Source: a virus
Taxonomy: Duplodnaviria > Caudoviricetes
IMG/VR virus record: IMGVR_UViG_3300033233_001970
DNA length: 64,000 nucleotides
Reading direction: 5' to 3' (one strand)
Part shown: one piece after another, positions 38,825-48,518 of the stretch
Position numbering within the stretch: the first letter of the stretch is position 1
How the letters are laid out: every line of letters begins with the position of its first letter
Notes under the pieces: generated by a model
The model's database searches: none
Seen by the model: the letters and a program-made list of their open reading frames with translations, nothing else
What the model was told of the DNA's origin: nothing
Program-made: the position numbers and the translations under genes

Positions 38825-39085
38825 TTATCCTTCTTCCGGTCTCGATAGGTACATCGGCGTTCGTTCGCCAACCCACGCGCCGGCCGTGTTAAATTCGAAA
38901 TACTCCGATGCTTCCTCGTACGATCCGCCGTCGCGCATGAGAATCTCGAGACACTTCTCGCGGTCATACACGACAACTGGCGGCTTTCCGCATCGTCCTG
39001 CGACGCCGAGAATGGCGTCGTCGAAACCGTCCGCGAAGAGAAGCTCATCATCCCCTGTGAGCTCCACGAGCTGTTCACGCGTCAT
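38825..39085 (-). CDS. conserved phage protein
   Basis: ADGFDDAILG...VVYD..KC.EIL....EEA.EYFEFN..GAWVGE.TP recalled as a widespread phage family. Confidence 0.75.
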   Translation of the reverse strand: MTREQLVELTGDDELLFADGFDDAILGVAGRCGKPPVVVYDREKCLEILMRDGGSYEEASEYFEFNTAGAWVGERTPMYLSRPEEG

Positions 39086-39142
39086 GGAGCGTGGATAATC
39101 GAAAACGTAGACGAAGTCACGGACGACGCCTACGATTCACCC

Positions 39143-39364
39143 ATGACACCGAACGAGATCGCCTGGTTCGAGCACGCGCTAGGGTACGTCTCGGATTTCA
39201 TGATGAGATTTCAGACCGGTCTTTCTCCACGAGAACGACTGATCGCTTCGATCTCACTCCACGCAGCCCATGCCGAAGAAGCCATCGCCGCTGGAGATTC
39301 AGCTCGCGCTCATGCGCACATCGCAGGGATGGGCGAAGAGTTGCGGAAGTTGAACGGATCGTAG
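39143..39364 (+). CDS. hypothetical protein
   Basis: TACGAT-N6-ATG leaderless signature. Confidence 0.5.
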   Translation: MTPNEIAWFEHALGYVSDFMMRFQTGLSPRERLIASISLHAAHAEEAIAAGDSARAHAHIAGMGEELRKLNGS

Positions 39365-39421
39365 TTGGTGACGATTTCTTCACGTCAACGCAAATCGTTC
39401 ACGTGCTAGAATCTGCAAACC

Positions 39422-39910
39422 ATGAACGAAGACGGCGACATCATGCAGTACATGGCTCCGTACATCAACGCGCTGAAGGGCATGATGGGTACGAGCAGCA
39501 CGTCGAACGTCGTGCTCGACGAACCTCGTGCATGGGATCAATACATCGGCCACGCGCTCGCGTTCCTTCGTGACAAAGAAAAGCCGATGACCGATCCCGT
39601 CGTCTTCGCGGTCGAGATGGCCGATCGGATTCTCGCGGAACGCCGTAAGCGTTTTCAGCCCGAAGAGCTCAAGGCGCAGATCATGCCCGAAGAGGAAAAT
39701 CCCATGGACAATCTCTGCGGCAAATCCATCAACGGTCGTTGGCGCTGCGTTCTCGCTCCGAATCACGAAGGCGATTGCAGACCCGTTACAGCGACCGCCA
39801 CGACGACACCTGCGCCGCCACCCATTCACGACGGCCCCAAAGGCACGCTCGAGGCCCATACGGGCGTTACGCGCTTGCCTCCGCTGCCGTTCCCGCCACA
39901 GGATGCGTGA
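39422..39910 (+). CDS. hypothetical protein
   Basis: A..MAD.IL.ERRK helix; EENP then C..C...H.G.C. Confidence 0.55.
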   Translation: MNEDGDIMQYMAPYINALKGMMGTSSTSNVVLDEPRAWDQYIGHALAFLRDKEKPMTDPVVFAVEMADRILAERRKRFQPEELKAQIMPEEENPMDNLCGKSINGRWRCVLAPNHEGDCRPVTATATTTPAPPPIHDGPKGTLEAHTGVTRLPPLPFPPQDA

Positions 39911-40572
39911 TGCGGAAGAACCCCGCGCAACGCGGCACGTGCGGTCAGTACAACTACCGAAACGTGCCTTTCACCGCGTACTACACACCTCTGAGGCACG
40001 TGTGGTGTTACGACATCCGCGCGGTTCGGGACGTGTACCCGCTCGCGGATGCGGGCGTTCTTCGGTGCGAATCGACGAGCTGCGCGGCAGCGGTTTTGAG
40101 CGCGCGCCTGCACATCGATCGACTCATTAGTACCATCGGCGGAAAGATCGTTGTCGGGGCTCATGTTTCGGTTCCATACGATTCTCTCTTCGTAGAGCTC
40201 CGAACCTCACACGGAGAAGAAGTCGCTGTCGGAAGCAAGAAAATCGCTGGCTCCATTGTCAAAGAAACGCCGAAATTCGTGGTTATCGAATTTCGACCCA
40301 GTGGAGGAAAAAGGCTCGGACATCTTCTTTACGCCGTTGTCGATCGTAGGTATTTCGAACGACACGCAAAAGAGGAAGGACGCGCCGAGGTCGGAGAACC
40401 TTCACTCGAGAACCCTCTCCCGGACGTCGTTCGCGCGGGGATGCTCATACTCTCGATGGTCTTCGTCGGCACGGGCGTCTACTTCATCGCCAAAGCCGTC
40501 GATCCTCTGATGCCGCAGCCCAAGGAACAGTATCCAATATTCGGGCAGGAGCCTCAGATTTACTACACGTGA
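39910..40572 (+). CDS. MRKNP-tagged protein with C-terminal ENP-TM anchor
   Basis: TGATG coupling; SLENPLP + hydrophobic helix. Confidence 0.7.
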   Translation: MRKNPAQRGTCGQYNYRNVPFTAYYTPLRHVWCYDIRAVRDVYPLADAGVLRCESTSCAAAVLSARLHIDRLISTIGGKIVVGAHVSVPYDSLFVELRTSHGEEVAVGSKKIAGSIVKETPKFVVIEFRPSGGKRLGHLLYAVVDRRYFERHAKEEGRAEVGEPSLENPLPDVVRAGMLILSMVFVGTGVYFIAKAVDPLMPQPKEQYPIFGQEPQIYYT

Positions 40573-40635
40573 TCGTCTTGCGTTCCGACAATGAAAAATG
40601 TTTCGGATCCGAAAAAACTCGGCTAAGATCTGTTC

Positions 40636-41109
40636 ATGCATCCCTACGCGCTCGCCAATCCTCGTCGTCGACGCTCTTCGCGCAAGGCCCGAGCCTCTGC
40701 TGGGTGCGCGAGCTGCGCTTCCGAGGGAATGGCATTTCGCGAAAATGTCTCTTGGAGCCCGCACGGCGTAGGCGGCTACAACACGCCGAATACCATCGAG
40801 CACCTCAAGAATCTCTCCAAGCCCGCGAAGATTGGAATCGCGGTTGGTGGCGGCGCCGTCGTTCTCGGACTCATCATCTGGCTCGTAACACGCGGCGACA
40901 AACCGAGCGACGTCGCATACAAGGGTGTCGCAATTCACCTCAAGCCGATTTTCATCGGCGGCGCATCGAAATGGTCGGCGGATTTCCAGTGGACGCCGCC
41001 TGGGCCTGGCGCGAAGACGAAGCAGATTTCGGCGATCGGAAGCTCGTCGGACGAGGCGCTCGATAACGCCAAACGTATGATCGATGACTTCGTCAACGCG
41101 GTGACGTGA
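40636..41109 (+). CDS. ANP leader + TM + HicB-like domain
   Basis: ALANPRRRR; TM; YKGV...W.ADF...G.S.DEA...AKRMID. Confidence 0.7.
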   Translation: MHPYALANPRRRRSSRKARASAGCASCASEGMAFRENVSWSPHGVGGYNTPNTIEHLKNLSKPAKIGIAVGGGAVVLGLIIWLVTRGDKPSDVAYKGVAIHLKPIFIGGASKWSADFQWTPPGPGAKTKQISAIGSSSDEALDNAKRMIDDFVNAVT

Positions 41110-42671
41110 TGCCCAAACGCCGCAAGAGCGGCGAACGGTCGAATCCGTATACGCCAACTAGCGATTCGTGGCCGAAGTACGAAGTCAGAGTCGCTCCATG
41201 CCATCTCAAGCACCATCTGATGTGGTGCGTGTACGGATGGACAAAACAGCCTGGTGAGCTCCCGAAGACGTTCAAAATAGGTGGCTACGCCACGCAGCAC
41301 GTTCTTTCGGAAGACGCGATTCGGGCAGCAAAACAATACGCGAAAGATTTTTCGACTGCAAATCCTCGCAATCCGAATCCAGCGCGAGTCCTTGATGAGC
41401 GCGGCCGATGCGTCAACGCGTTTCTCAATGGTAAGGCAATTGGCTGCGAAAATCCGCTGCCGCGCATCCCTCGTTGGCAAGAGATCCCGAAGAAAACCAA
41501 ACTCATCGCCGCCGGTGCCGCCATTGCTGGCATTGGCGCCATCATCCTGTTCGCAAAATCACGTAAACAGCAAATTACGTCTTCACGATTCGGTCGCGAC
41601 GTCCTCGCTCGAGCCCAGCAAGACGTCGGCGTCACCGAAGTCGATGGCTCGGGCCGTGTCGAACGCATGCTGCTAACGTACGGCATCACGTACCCCGTCA
41701 ACTGGTGCGCGGTCGCCACCGGGACCTGGATCCACGAAGCGGCGCAAGACTTCAGTGTGAAGCCTCCGATTCAAGGATCACCTGGCGCCAAGGACACGAT
41801 GCTTCAGTTCCAGAATGCGTCGAACAAAAAAGTCGACTGGATCGATGCGAATACGTTGCGGAGGTATCCCGAGCTCGTGCAGCCTGGCATGATCTCCGTT
41901 TGGCAGCGTGGCCCCGTCGCTTCCTACATGGGCCACATCGGCGTGGTCGAAGCCAATCTTGGGAGCGGAAGCTTCCAAACCATCGAAGGCAACGCCGGTC
42001 CTAGCGCGGGCGCGGTGGTTCGAGGTCGTCGCGAGCTCTCTGCCGACAATTTTCTTGGGATGGGTTACTTCAACGACGCCGAAGTCTTCAACCCCGAGCA
42101 GGCGGGCGTAGCCGGCGTGGGCTTGGGCGCTCCGCCAGACAAGCCCAAGAGCATCGGCTTCCCGACGTACGACACTTGGTGGCGGGCGATCGGTGGCCCG
42201 AGCGGCATGCCGTACGAGCCGACCGATTACGTCGTCACGTTCGACAATGGTTCGAGCGTCGAAACCGAAGTCGTGCGTACGCCGCAGCATCAGGCACGCG
42301 GACTCATGCATCGACAGAGCATGCCCGAAGATCGCGGGATGCTCTTCGTATACGCGACGTCTAGCAAGCGAAGCCTCTGGATGCGCAACACTTTCATCCC
42401 GCTCGACGGCGTCTTCATGGACGGACACGGCGTGGTCGTTGGCATCGTCGAAAATCTCGTTCCTCGAAGCGATGAAATTCGTGGCGTAGACAAGCCTGTG
42501 AAGTACATCCTCGAAACGAACGCGGGATGGGCGAAGAGACACGGCGTTCGCGTTGGAAGTCGTATGATGCCTGTACGTGTCGGCGTCGGCTTCACGCAAG
42601 ATCCGCCGAACATCATGAAGTTTGAACCCGTATGCCCAGCTACAAACAACAGCATTGGTTTGCGTCACTAG
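41109..42671 (+). CDS. NPYTP domain + TM + CHAP amidase + DUF192 fusion
   Basis: NWCA...GHIGVVE...TIEGN (CHAP); RGLMHR.SMPEDRGMLF..WMRNT.IPLD...YILE.NAG (DUF192). Confidence 0.85.
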   Translation: MPKRRKSGERSNPYTPTSDSWPKYEVRVAPCHLKHHLMWCVYGWTKQPGELPKTFKIGGYATQHVLSEDAIRAAKQYAKDFSTANPRNPNPARVLDERGRCVNAFLNGKAIGCENPLPRIPRWQEIPKKTKLIAAGAAIAGIGAIILFAKSRKQQITSSRFGRDVLARAQQDVGVTEVDGSGRVERMLLTYGITYPVNWCAVATGTWIHEAAQDFSVKPPIQGSPGAKDTMLQFQNASNKKVDWIDANTLRRYPELVQPGMISVWQRGPVASYMGHIGVVEANLGSGSFQTIEGNAGPSAGAVVRGRRELSADNFLGMGYFNDAEVFNPEQAGVAGVGLGAPPDKPKSIGFPTYDTWWRAIGGPSGMPYEPTDYVVTFDNGSSVETEVVRTPQHQARGLMHRQSMPEDRGMLFVYATSSKRSLWMRNTFIPLDGVFMDGHGVVVGIVENLVPRSDEIRGVDKPVKYILETNAGWAKRHGVRVGSRMMPVRVGVGFTQDPPNIMKFEPVCPATNNSIGLRH

Positions 42672-42737
42672 GTACCGAACGCCTCATCATTTGCTCCGAA
42701 TGCAAGCGTGACGATGATGAAGTGCTGGGCTCCCTAT

Positions 42738-43247
42738 TTACCGAGGGACGACGTTGCCAGAGGTGCCAACGCGACGTGTCGGATCTGCGTTCATTGGTTG
42801 TGATGGTTCCGTTGGCGGATTCGAAACCCTCTCTACCGTAAGCCCAAGCAAGCCCCAAATCGCCGCGTGCGGCCAATCCACGCACGAACCTTGATAGTCC
42901 CACGCGGGCGGCCCGAGCGACCGATCCGCTGCGCATGCGACGTACTCGACGCCTGAAAGTCCTGCGGCGTAAATGGCGCCTCGTGCAAGAACAGGTACTT
43001 GTTGGAGGTGCGGCGCAGCGGCCACGACCGCAGCGGTGCCGAAGGCATACACCGGAAGAAACGGGATGGGCCTGCCACCGAAAAGCTTCGAGTTTCGTCC
43101 GGACCACATCATGTTTTCAAGAACCCAGCCGGCGACGCCACCGATCACGAATGCTGCCGCGATCTTACCGAGAGTTGGATCGATCGGGTTCGGGCGCGGA
43201 TTCGAATGCATCGAAATCGTACGCGGACGCATCGGTCTCGGACGCAT
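42738..43247 (-). CDS. putative ABC-transporter-permease-like (CmpB/DUF1113-type) membrane protein with NP leader
   Basis: F.IG...GW.LE...PFLPVY.FG....EY.....WDY....C...A..WG. Confidence 0.6.
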   Translation of the reverse strand: MRPRPMRPRTISMHSNPRPNPIDPTLGKIAAAFVIGGVAGWVLENMMWSGRNSKLFGGRPIPFLPVYAFGTAAVVAAAPHLQQVPVLARGAIYAAGLSGVEYVACAADRSLGPPAWDYQGSCVDWPHAAIWGLLGLTVERVSNPPTEPSQPMNADPTRRVGTSGNVVPR

Positions 43248-43304
43248 GCTCTGAACGTACCCGATTGTCTTGCGTCACGGAAGACACGTGGCTACGTTCG
43301 CGCG

Positions 43305-43520
43305 ATGGCCGCCATCATTCTTTGCGACGAGTGCGATTCTCAGCAGTGTGTGGACGGGGTTGCCGGCGTTCCGCTTCTCGAATCGTACGGCTGGAGGCTT
43401 GCGCGTGTCGAGGAGCGCGCTGGAGCCATCGACGCCATCGATCGGTGTCCGTTCTGCGCAGAGCGCGCGTCGCGCGCAAGGCAGCCTGCCGTTCCCGTGA
43501 GTATGCCTGGAGCGAATTGA
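43305..43520 (+). CDS. small Zn-finger protein
   Basis: CDEC...GW...D.CPFC; TACGTT-N6-ATG. Confidence 0.55.
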   Translation: MAAIILCDECDSQQCVDGVAGVPLLESYGWRLARVEERAGAIDAIDRCPFCAERASRARQPAVPVSMPGAN

Positions 43521-43533
43521 TCCGAGGCGATCG

Positions 43534-43800
43534 ATGAGCGAGGATTTTCAACCAGGCGACCGTGTACGCTTCACCGAAAAAGAAATCGTACGTTACCCAT
43601 GGTTGGTGCGAGGTATTCTCCGTTTCGTGAATCGTAGGATCACCTGGCGCGTCGCGGAAGTCATCGACGGCGATTCGGCCTTTGGGCAGCTCGCTGTACA
43701 GTTCGATGTAAAACGAGATGTCGAGCCTACCGTACTTCCTATCGATATGTTCGAGCACGCAGATCGGAAGACGCGCATTCGGAAAGGAAGGCAATCATGA
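43534..43800 (+). CDS. SH3/KOW-like small protein
   Basis: FQPGDRVR...V.EV...AVQFD. Confidence 0.55.
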   Translation: MSEDFQPGDRVRFTEKEIVRYPWLVRGILRFVNRRITWRVAEVIDGDSAFGQLAVQFDVKRDVEPTVLPIDMFEHADRKTRIRKGRQS

Positions 43801-44081
43801 GCATGTGCGAGGCAAAAGATCTTACCAATCATTTTTGCTATTCGGATGCGACACAAGTGGCCATTTGGAGCGATGGTCGTCGTAACAAACTGTGTGATGC
43901 CCACGTCGAACAAATCGAAGCGACCGTAGAAAAAGGCATCAAGCAAAAAGATCTGGTGCCGTTACGGATTCGTAAGAGCTTGCAAAAAGGCGTTGTTCGT
44001 TTCGAGCAGCTCGTCGAAACAGGAATGTCCGCGACAGAAGCAGCGGTCGCGGCATGGGTTCGTAAGTACGAAGATGAGTGA
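43797..44081 (+). CDS. hypothetical protein
   Basis: C..C..AT...LCDAH; ATGA coupling. Confidence 0.5.
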   Translation: MSMCEAKDLTNHFCYSDATQVAIWSDGRRNKLCDAHVEQIEATVEKGIKQKDLVPLRIRKSLQKGVVRFEQLVETGMSATEAAVAAWVRKYEDE

Positions 44082-44454
44082 TCGCTGATTGCGGTCCGTA
44101 CTCGCTGAGATTGTGGCGATTATGGGCGACGCGGAGCGATGCAAACAGTGTGTCTCGCCAACGGTCGGGTTCGAAGGAGAGCATCTGAGGCGACTGAGAA
44201 GCGCCATGCGAAAAGCGAAAGAGATTCTGGCAGCAGAACCGAATTAGAGGAGTGAGCTGTGCTCAAACGAATCGAACGAAAAGCGTGCATTCGAAAGAAA
44301 GCCGAAGCAGACGCCTGCGAGGGACAGACGTATATCGTCCCGGAGTACGTCGCGGAAAGCGAACATCCATGGGATCGGTGCACCGTCTGCGGCTTGCCGA
44401 TCTTGATCGATGCGGAAGTTGTCGGTGAAGTCGAGTGAGTGATACGCTCGGCGT

Positions 44455-45000
44455 ATGGAACCGCTGGTTCGACTTCTCGTTCTCGGTACTGCTGGCGCTG
44501 CTGCTTGGTGGTTTCTCAAGTCGCCTCCAGCGCGAGCGGCGCTGAGGACTGCCGCGCCCGATCCGTGGACCATTCCACGACCCGGCAAAGGACCCGTCGC
44601 AACAACGGGCCGACCCGAAGCGCTGAAATGGCTCAACGACAACCCGAATGCATACGCTTTCGGTGTCAACATGTTTCAGAAAACCGAAAACGCCGCCAAA
44701 TACGTCAAAGACCTCTACAAACTTGGGGCAGTCAAAGTTATCGTGGCCGACATACGAACGTCGCCTGGTATGCCAGGTGCAGAATCGGACACACTCTTCG
44801 TAAAGATGCCAATCAACAAAGAGCAGCGTTTTGCACTCGCCAATTTCATCCTAAACGGTCCCAACAGTCCGGACGAATTCCATCTGAATCTACCCAAGAG
44901 TGGTGGCGGACGTCGTATCCGTGAAACACCAAATCGAAGAGACGAGACCGGTATCAACGATCTCAAAGGCGGCGCCATAGTCCGTCTTTGGTGGGACTAA
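44455..45000 (+). CDS. N-terminally anchored membrane protein ending LWWD
   Basis: TM; V..LY.LGA.KV...SDTL.V.MP...RLWWD. Confidence 0.7.
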   Translation: MEPLVRLLVLGTAGAAAWWFLKSPPARAALRTAAPDPWTIPRPGKGPVATTGRPEALKWLNDNPNAYAFGVNMFQKTENAAKYVKDLYKLGAVKVIVADIRTSPGMPGAESDTLFVKMPINKEQRFALANFILNGPNSPDEFHLNLPKSGGGRRIRETPNRRDETGINDLKGGAIVRLWWD

Positions 45001-45094
45001 CCGGAATGTTGAAGACCCTCGAACCCTGGCTCGCGGGCGCGTCAATTCTCGCGGTCGTTGTCGTTTTGGCGTACGTGATCTGGAGATCAAAATC

Positions 45095-45388
45095 GTGAGC
45101 CTGCACCACTGTCACGCCATTGGCTGCAACGTGCCGACGAAACCGACGAAGTTGATGTGTTTGAAACACTGGTTGCTCGTACCGAAGAGCGTCCAACACG
45201 ACGTGCTCCGGTTCTACCGTCTTGGACAATGCGACGACAAAAGACCGTCGCTTGCATGGGGTATCGCTGCAACTCGAGCTCGTCTCGCCGTTGCTGAAAA
45301 AGAGGGCCGGCGTCCCGCCGTAGCTCTTCTCTCAAAAATACTCGAGATCAGAACCGCAAAACTTCGTTCCGAAGGGCTCGAGATTTGA
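45095..45388 (+). CDS. conserved phage Zn-binding protein
   Basis: HHCHA.GC......LMC..HW..VP...Q..V. Confidence 0.7.
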   Translation: MSLHHCHAIGCNVPTKPTKLMCLKHWLLVPKSVQHDVLRFYRLGQCDDKRPSLAWGIAATRARLAVAEKEGRRPAVALLSKILEIRTAKLRSEGLEI

Positions 45389-45389
45389 A

Positions 45390-45742
45390 ATGCGCCTCTG
45401 GCTCGATGATGTCCGAATGTCGCCTTGGGGTTACGATTTGTGGGCGAAAACCTACGACGAATGCGTTCGGTTACTGGAAGAGCATTCCGTTGGGCACGTG
45501 TCACTCGATCACGATCTAGGTACCGAGCATACGCCGTCGCAGCAGACGCCAGCATCCCAAGAGACTCGTTCAAGGAGAAAACAGGGTACGACGTTCTTCT
45601 CTACATGGCGGAGAACAATAAGTGGGTGAAGGATATTACGATTCACTCTCTCAATCCTGTTGGTCGTGCGGACATGATGCGTTTTCTCAAGCGACACGCG
45701 CCCGACGGCGTCACGTTCGTCGAGAAGCCGTTCGTACGATGA
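45390..45742 (+). pseudogene. cyclic-phosphate-processing receiver-like protein, -1 frameshift near 45529
   Basis: LWLDDVR..P....SLDHDLG in frame 45390; KTGYDVL.....IHSLNPVGR in -1 frame. Confidence 0.75.
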
Positions 45743-45780
45743 GCGTTGTCGGCGACGTCCGCATGTGAGAACATTTCCAA

Positions 45781-46203
45781 ATGCAGTCGATGGAGATGTC
45801 GCCGCCCGCCAAAACCGCTCTTCTCATCAGCGGAGTGGTTCTCGCCATCGGCGCGATCGTTGTGTTTGCAACGCAGAGATCGAGCGCTGCGTCCGCGCAA
45901 TCTGCGCCGAATCAGCCGACCAAAACACCGGTTCAACCCACGCAGCCGCCGCCCACGATGTCTACCGACGTGGTGGGCGGCTCCATCAACGACACGTACA
46001 TCTATGCCACGATATGGATGTGGAACGGCACCAACTGGCAATCTGTCGAAGATGGATGGATGCTGTCTTCGCACGCTCGCGCCGTTCAAAAAAGCGTCGG
46101 GCATGCGTTCTGGACATACTGGAGCATCTGGCAGCCGGCGCCGATCAACGCGTGGCACAATGTTCAGGTACCGCCAGACGGACAGCTAGATATTGCGATC
46201 TAG
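45781..46203 (+). CDS. single-pass membrane protein with Trp-rich domain
   Basis: MSPPAKTALLISGVVLAIGAIVVF resembles ISPPVKTALW anchor family. Confidence 0.65.
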   Translation: MQSMEMSPPAKTALLISGVVLAIGAIVVFATQRSSAASAQSAPNQPTKTPVQPTQPPPTMSTDVVGGSINDTYIYATIWMWNGTNWQSVEDGWMLSSHARAVQKSVGHAFWTYWSIWQPAPINAWHNVQVPPDGQLDIAI

Positions 46204-47745
46204 ATCAGCACAGCACGGCATTCCTTCCGCCACGCTGCGGCGCCCGCCGCGCATGACGCGCGACATCTCTCCGTGGAATCGGTTGGGTACCTCGAACCGA
46301 ACGCCGTAGCCTTGGTAGGCTACTTTCTGAAAGTTCTCTTTCCACGGACGACCGTGATACGGCCTGGTTTCGCGACCGGTGCGCAGGTGAGCGAGCTCGT
46401 GAGAAAGAGTCTCGAGAACATCGATCCGATCGACTCCTGGGTAATTCACGATCATGATCATGTGGCGAGCGAATTCGGCGTGTCCGAGCTTTCGAGGCTT
46501 GGCGCTGCGGTTACGCGCATAAATGTTCGGGATCGGCATGCCATGCAAAATAGGAATTTTCATGAGCCGTTTCATCTCTGCCACGACGTCGATCCCACCG
46601 ATGATGAGTGAGCTCGGCATCGGGCAAACACGTCGCTCACGGCGGCGGGTACGTGGAGGAACTATTTGCGGACGACTCCAGCCTCCGTGCGTCGCTCTCC
46701 ACGCGTCCTCTTCTCTACGTTCCTGCTCCCGTCGACGCTCTTGCTGTTGCCACCACGGTTCTTCGGGTGGCGGCGCAACCGGTGAAGGTGGCGCTGCCGG
46801 TTCCGGAACGCAGTCCGGCGGAGGCACGATCCAGCGCCCTCCACCGTCCGGGAATACCTCTCGAATCGTGATGGGCCCATCTTTCGAGAGACGCTGCGCG
46901 ACCTCGAGCATGCTCGCCGTAGTTGAAACCGTGACGGCTTCACCTGGCGCGCTGATGATGAACGTCGAGCCCGCAACAGGATTCTCGGAGGCGTAAGCAA
47001 ACTGAGATCGACGTGCATGCATCCAATACGCGAAACTTCCAAGCACGAAGGCGCCTGCTACAGCCGCGAAAGCAAGCGCTGCGGATCGTCCTCCCGAAAT
47101 TCGAGAAAACGCTTCTCGCAGCATTGCTGGAAGAACGATATCTCCCTGGTACTGGTGCCCAGGCATGTCGTTCGTGGGGTACGAATAAATAACGAAATTA
47201 CCGTCTTGGTAATGCGCGGGACCGGCTCCTGAAATCATCAGAGCATCCGAAGGCCGCCCTGCGACATTTCCGAGAGGAAGCGTAACGCCCGCAATGGCGC
47301 TCAGGACGTGCCACGTCGACGACGGCACAAGAAGGCTCGTGTTCGACGTTACGAACGCGCGCTCTTTGCGCTTGGCGCGCTCCGCGTATGCCTGCCATGC
47401 GGCCCATCCTTCCGGCGCCGTGGCGTACGTTCCGTCCGCGATTACGAGAGCGTCGGGATCACCACCCTGCTCGAGAATGCGTCGGGTTGCGAAGCCGCCC
47501 GCAGAAAAGCCGGCGATGATGATGGGCGAGAAGCTCGAGGCTCCCGTCATCTGCTTGAGCGTTTGGATCGTCTGATCGAGCGGCGCCGTATCCGCGTAGC
47601 TCGAGCCCACCGTTGTATCGTTCACGATGAGCGCGTTCGAGGGCGAAGCTTGGCGAAGAGCGTCGTCGTTACGAGCGTTCAAATGGTAAACGAGAAGAAG
47701 CGGTCTCGAGCTTCCTGAGCCTTGCTGAACGATGCGAAGCGGCAT
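46186..47745 (-). CDS. alpha/beta hydrolase + TM + ENP module + SprT-like metalloprotease
   Basis: AGFSAGG nucleophile elbow; ETLSHELAH....HGRPWK. Confidence 0.75.
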   Translation of the reverse strand: MPLRIVQQGSGSSRPLLLVYHLNARNDDALRQASPSNALIVNDTTVGSSYADTAPLDQTIQTLKQMTGASSFSPIIIAGFSAGGFATRRILEQGGDPDALVIADGTYATAPEGWAAWQAYAERAKRKERAFVTSNTSLLVPSSTWHVLSAIAGVTLPLGNVAGRPSDALMISGAGPAHYQDGNFVIYSYPTNDMPGHQYQGDIVLPAMLREAFSRISGGRSAALAFAAVAGAFVLGSFAYWMHARRSQFAYASENPVAGSTFIISAPGEAVTVSTTASMLEVAQRLSKDGPITIREVFPDGGGRWIVPPPDCVPEPAAPPSPVAPPPEEPWWQQQERRREQERREEDAWRATHGGWSRPQIVPPRTRRRERRVCPMPSSLIIGGIDVVAEMKRLMKIPILHGMPIPNIYARNRSAKPRKLGHAEFARHMIMIVNYPGVDRIDVLETLSHELAHLRTGRETRPYHGRPWKENFQKVAYQGYGVRFEVPNRFHGEMSRVMRGGRRSVAEGMPCCADLDRNI

Positions 47746-47747
47746 GG

Positions 47748-48518
47748 CTACTCGTCGCCCGTATCGGGCTCGTGCCGAACTTCATGACCCGTCGGCAAGG
47801 ACGGATTCGTGTCCGGTGCGCCCACCACTTCGCCGGTTGCCGCCTCGGGCACTTGTCCGTACGCTCCGGGGTGCACCCAGTTCGTCAGTCCTGTTGTGAC
47901 CGACGGCAAAATCTTACGTATCGCGTTTGCGTAGTCAGCGACGTTCGCCTCCTCGGCCGCGTTGAGCGGCAGCGGTCTTTTTCCACAAACTCTCGGATGC
48001 GGCATCCCTTTCGCCGCTTCGGCAGCCGTGGGATGGAAGCCGCCGAAATAGCATTCTTCCAAATAGAGCGTCTGCGCGTACGTTTCCGGCGAGCATGCCA
48101 GATCGTCGAACATGCGACGTGCGCCTCGAATGCCTGCGCGAATCATGTACGCGGCACCTGCGGCATCAGTAGGCCCTGCGAAGAACCAAACTTTGAACGC
48201 ACCCGTATTTGGATCCGAATCTCCGCGAATTGTACCGATACTGTTCGAGCGGTGCTCTTCTCCCCACGTCCCGTCGGGATAGAGCCACATTCCGACTTTC
48301 AAATCGCCCGAGGCGAACGCGGCGCGCTCCGCATCGTTGAGCGCGCGAAGGTTGCAAGCTCCCCAATTGCAGGAATGATCCCAAGCATCTCCGCAATTCG
48401 TTTCGTGCTCAGCCTGAGCAAGAACGATGTAAACAGCGTTCGGATTCGGTGGCGGACCGCCGGTTGCGATGACCCATCCGGCCCAAAGCGAATTTGCTTT
48501 TTGCTCCCAGCGGCTCAT
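47748..48518 (-). CDS. lysozyme-like (muramidase/glucosaminidase) protein
   Basis: VLAQAEHET..G...NWG...F.....GA..Y...YA..L...Y; coupled to DUF1906 gene. Confidence 0.5.
   Translation of the reverse strand: MSRWEQKANSLWAGWVIATGGPPPNPNAVYIVLAQAEHETNCGDAWDHSCNWGACNLRALNDAERAAFASGDLKVGMWLYPDGTWGEEHRSNSIGTIRGDSDPNTGAFKVWFFAGPTDAAGAAYMIRAGIRGARRMFDDLACSPETYAQTLYLEECYFGGFHPTAAEAAKGMPHPRVCGKRPLPLNAAEEANVADYANAIRKILPSVTTGLTNWVHPGAYGQVPEAATGEVVGAPDTNPSLPTGHEVRHEPDTGDE

Noticed and set aside
44074-44247. In-frame TGA after MSDR suggesting stop-codon reassignment
   Set aside because: TGA, TAA and TAG all terminate well-defined genes here (many ATGA/TGATG overlaps); an isolated nonsense change or a TTG start explains it
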